Positions 35,450-37,422 of a DNA stretch of 37,422 nt are shown piece after piece. Where the stretch lies: positions 1 to 37,422 of IMG/VR virus record IMGVR_UViG_3300006790_000048; one strand, written 5' to 3'. A program made the position numbers and the translations under genes. Within the stretch, counting starts at the first letter, position 1. Each line of letters begins with the position of its first letter. Origin of the DNA: a virus (taxonomy: Duplodnaviria > Caudoviricetes). The notes below the pieces were generated by a model. It saw only the letters and a program-made list of their open reading frames with translations, did not search any database and had not been told where the DNA came from.

Positions 35450-35971
35450 TTACGCAGTCCTAATCTTGTAGTAAATCATCTTAAGTGTTGCTTGAGATGT
35501 AGGTGTCTGGTCGTCATCTGCTTCAGGTTCCAAACGTTCAAATGGTGGTTCTGAATCCTCAAAGAAAGCTACTTCACTGTCTGCTCCTCCACTCTTAGGT
35601 AATCTTGTTCCTCCATTTGGTCTATTTTGCCATAGGATTCTGTGTACTTCATCTTCTAATTCTAATAATATCTGTAATGATTCTGCTTGAATTTCTAAGA
35701 AACATTCGCATACCCATGCGTGCTTGTCATCTCCATTAACTTCAAACGTATCTGTTTCATATCTTGTTCTACTAGAATAGTTAATCCTAATCTCATTTAT
35801 TTGTGCACCATCTGCTCTTGCTAATTGATCAGGTTCTTCAGTATCACTGATAAAGTTTGGTGTGATAGTGCCTGTGATGTTTGATGCTGTCCAGTTATCT
35901 TCAAGTAATGCCCTTATTGTCTTATCTAAATTTTCTCTTGATCCAGATAAGTTAGTAAATGTTACAGCCAT
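35450..35971 (-). CDS. Probable tail terminator/completion protein
   Basis: Acidic 173 aa directly upstream of the tail tube gene. Confidence 0.6.
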   Translation of the reverse strand: MAVTFTNLSGSRENLDKTIRALLEDNWTASNITGTITPNFISDTEEPDQLARADGAQINEIRINYSSRTRYETDTFEVNGDDKHAWVCECFLEIQAESLQILLELEDEVHRILWQNRPNGGTRLPKSGGADSEVAFFEDSEPPFERLEPEADDDQTPTSQATLKMIYYKIRTA

Positions 35972-36297
35972 TAGGTGTACCAGACATTACCCCATCTGGT
36001 TTGATCTTGAGGTGCTTGATCCATATAATTCTTGAGTAAGACTGCTAATTGGTCATGTATTTGTACTGTTGACAATTCTGTCCTTCTGCCTAAGTTTCTA
36101 AGGATTTCTGAACCTGTAAGGTTAGCAATAGAGTCTATTGCTGTAGGTACAGTTGTAAAGTCACTGTTCCTGTTTAGTATAATGTTAATCATATCTGTTA
36201 CAGTATTCTGTATGGTTGTTACTGTTGCTGGTGTACTAGATTTCGTTCCTCCCCATGCTAATTTCTCCATTTCGTCTGTTGAACCGTACTTGGTCAT
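35971..36297 (-). CDS. Probable head-tail connector/adaptor (likely start ATG 36297)
   Basis: MTKYGSTDEM...helical...VPTAIDSIA, gp6-like layout; TACTTC 30 nt upstream (36327-36332). Confidence 0.6.
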   Translation of the reverse strand: MTKYGSTDEMEKLAWGGTKSSTPATVTTIQNTVTDMINIILNRNSDFTTVPTAIDSIANLTGSEILRNLGRRTELSTVQIHDQLAVLLKNYMDQAPQDQTRWGNVWYT

Positions 36298-36335
36298 AAT
36301 AATGTTTATATAGACCAATGGTAGAAGAAGTATTT

Positions 36336-36515
36336 ATGTCACAAATTCTACAGATACCACTAGGAATGATGTGGTTTAGAATGGCCAATAAATATTTAGA
36401 GAATTTGTACCTAATCAGTACCTCAAAGTACGGTACAGTTACCGTAAAGAAGAATGAACAAGATAACACATTTGAGAAAGAATTCGATTATATCATACAA
36501 AGCTTAGGGCTTTAA
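36336..36515 (+). CDS. Small divergent hypothetical protein (likely start ATG 36336)
   Basis: TTTATATA box at 36305-36312; T-run terminator after the stop. Confidence 0.6.
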   Translation: MSQILQIPLGMMWFRMANKYLENLYLISTSKYGTVTVKKNEQDNTFEKEFDYIIQSLGL

Positions 36516-36528
36516 CCCCATTTTTTAT

Positions 36529-37221
36529 TTATCTAGTAGGTGTTTCATCGTAGTAGACTCTATCTGCTATGACACGTTCCTTGCTTCTGAACTCTTTATT
36601 GTGCCACATTTCTATACCTTCTACGCCTGATTGATTGTCGCTGTTAATCTCTCTTTTTGGATGGTCTTTGAACCACATATACATTTGATTGATAATCTCA
36701 GTATCATCCTTATCGTATAGAGATCCATGTGATATGGTTTTCTCATTCTGTCTATGCCTGAATGTGAATGGTGCTTTGAATAGTCTTGGTCTGCTCATGG
36801 TTGTGATACCTTCCATGTGTTGTTTTATAGGGTAACATTTCTCAGGCCTGTCATCTATTGTTCGTAACGAACTGACAAATACGTTTGGATTGATATCAAT
36901 ATATTCATCTGAATCACATACTATCACATAGTCCATTTTATCTGCTCCTGCTAGTTTCCAGTACATATTCCTTTTGTCTATCTGTTTTGCTCCATCCATA
37001 CTTACAATATGAATCTTAGAATATATCTTTTCCAGGTCTGTTAGATAATCTGGATGGCTTTGAGGTTCATCATTTCTGCCCTCATATCTGCCATCAATTA
37101 CATAGAATTTTGTTATAAATTCATATACCTTGTCATTGGTTAATATTTTGATTAACCCTTTTGGATCATCCCAATAGTTAATTGCTACTGCGATTTGATA
37201 CTGTGTATTTTCTGATGTCAA
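36529..37221 (-). CDS. Glycosyltransferase, GT-A/GT2-like
   Basis: IAVAINYWDD...YVIDG...QIDKRN...YVIVCDSDEY (DxD)...PRLF. Confidence 0.72.
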   Translation of the reverse strand: MTSENTQYQIAVAINYWDDPKGLIKILTNDKVYEFITKFYVIDGRYEGRNDEPQSHPDYLTDLEKIYSKIHIVSMDGAKQIDKRNMYWKLAGADKMDYVIVCDSDEYIDINPNVFVSSLRTIDDRPEKCYPIKQHMEGITTMSRPRLFKAPFTFRHRQNEKTISHGSLYDKDDTEIINQMYMWFKDHPKREINSDNQSGVEGIEMWHNKEFRSKERVIADRVYYDETPTR

Positions 37222-37415
37222 TTATGGATAATTGGAATTTGGTGTATTTAAATCTATCCCAAAACCAAAAAGATACTGTAAACCTGTTGTTTATGTTGTT
37301 GTGAACTCCTGATACAAAGTCTGGTGTTCCTATTAGTATAGCGTGACATACCTCATGCATTACCCTGTCACTATTCTCTCTTGCTTTGAAAGAGTTTTGT
37401 GAGTCATGTAAGTAT
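37178..37415 (-). CDS. C-terminal part of the junction-spanning HExxH metallopeptidase-like protein
   Basis: ...DLYLHDSQNSFKARENSDRVMHEVCHAIL...; in frame with 1-239. Confidence 0.8.
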
Positions 37416-37422
37416 AGATCCA

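Larger units (their letters stand above)
1..37422. mobile_element. Apparently complete genome of a tailed archaeal virus, probable Nitrosopumilaceae/Thaumarchaeota host
   Basis: Head-tail module plus MCM helicase. Archaeal BRE-TATA promoters with leaderless ATGs. Small Zn-finger proteins resembling thaumarchaeal families (from recall). Terminal overlap with an ORF continuous across the ends. Confidence 0.9.

Noticed and set aside
1879-36313. Many + strand ORFs antisense to long minus-strand genes (e.g. 1879, 2865, 3446, 8046, 22652, 24180, 27293, 31349, 34172, 36032)
   Set aside because: Shadow ORFs overlapping well-supported genes, with no motifs or promoters.

Overview
The window looks like a complete genome (about 37,415 bp) of a tailed archaeal virus (Caudoviricetes, siphovirus-like), most likely infecting a marine ammonia-oxidising thaumarchaeon (Nitrosopumilaceae). 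The ends overlap by 7 nt (AGATCCA), and a HExxH ORF reads in frame across the junction. Almost all genes are on the minus strand. They include a morphogenesis module (TerS, TerL, portal, protease-scaffold-major capsid fusion, connector, tail tube, frameshifted tail chaperone, tape measure, hub, tail fibre/LamG proteins) and a replication module (MCM helicase, DEDD exonuclease, DPPY methyltransferase, HNH and DUF559-like nucleases). There are also four glycan-modifying enzymes and many Cys-rich microproteins missed by the ORF track. I recognised no integrase, DNA polymerase, tRNA or CRISPR array. The strongest non-obvious signals are: (i) a TACTTC element 29-32 nt upstream of ten start codons, nearly all of virion genes, including one inside the capsid gene that predicts a nested capsid protein; (ii) an array of micro-gene cassettes with near-identical promoters; (iii) two candidate structured ncRNAs; and (iv) three repeat-rich non-coding control regions. 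All family assignments are from motifs read by eye; no database searches were run.
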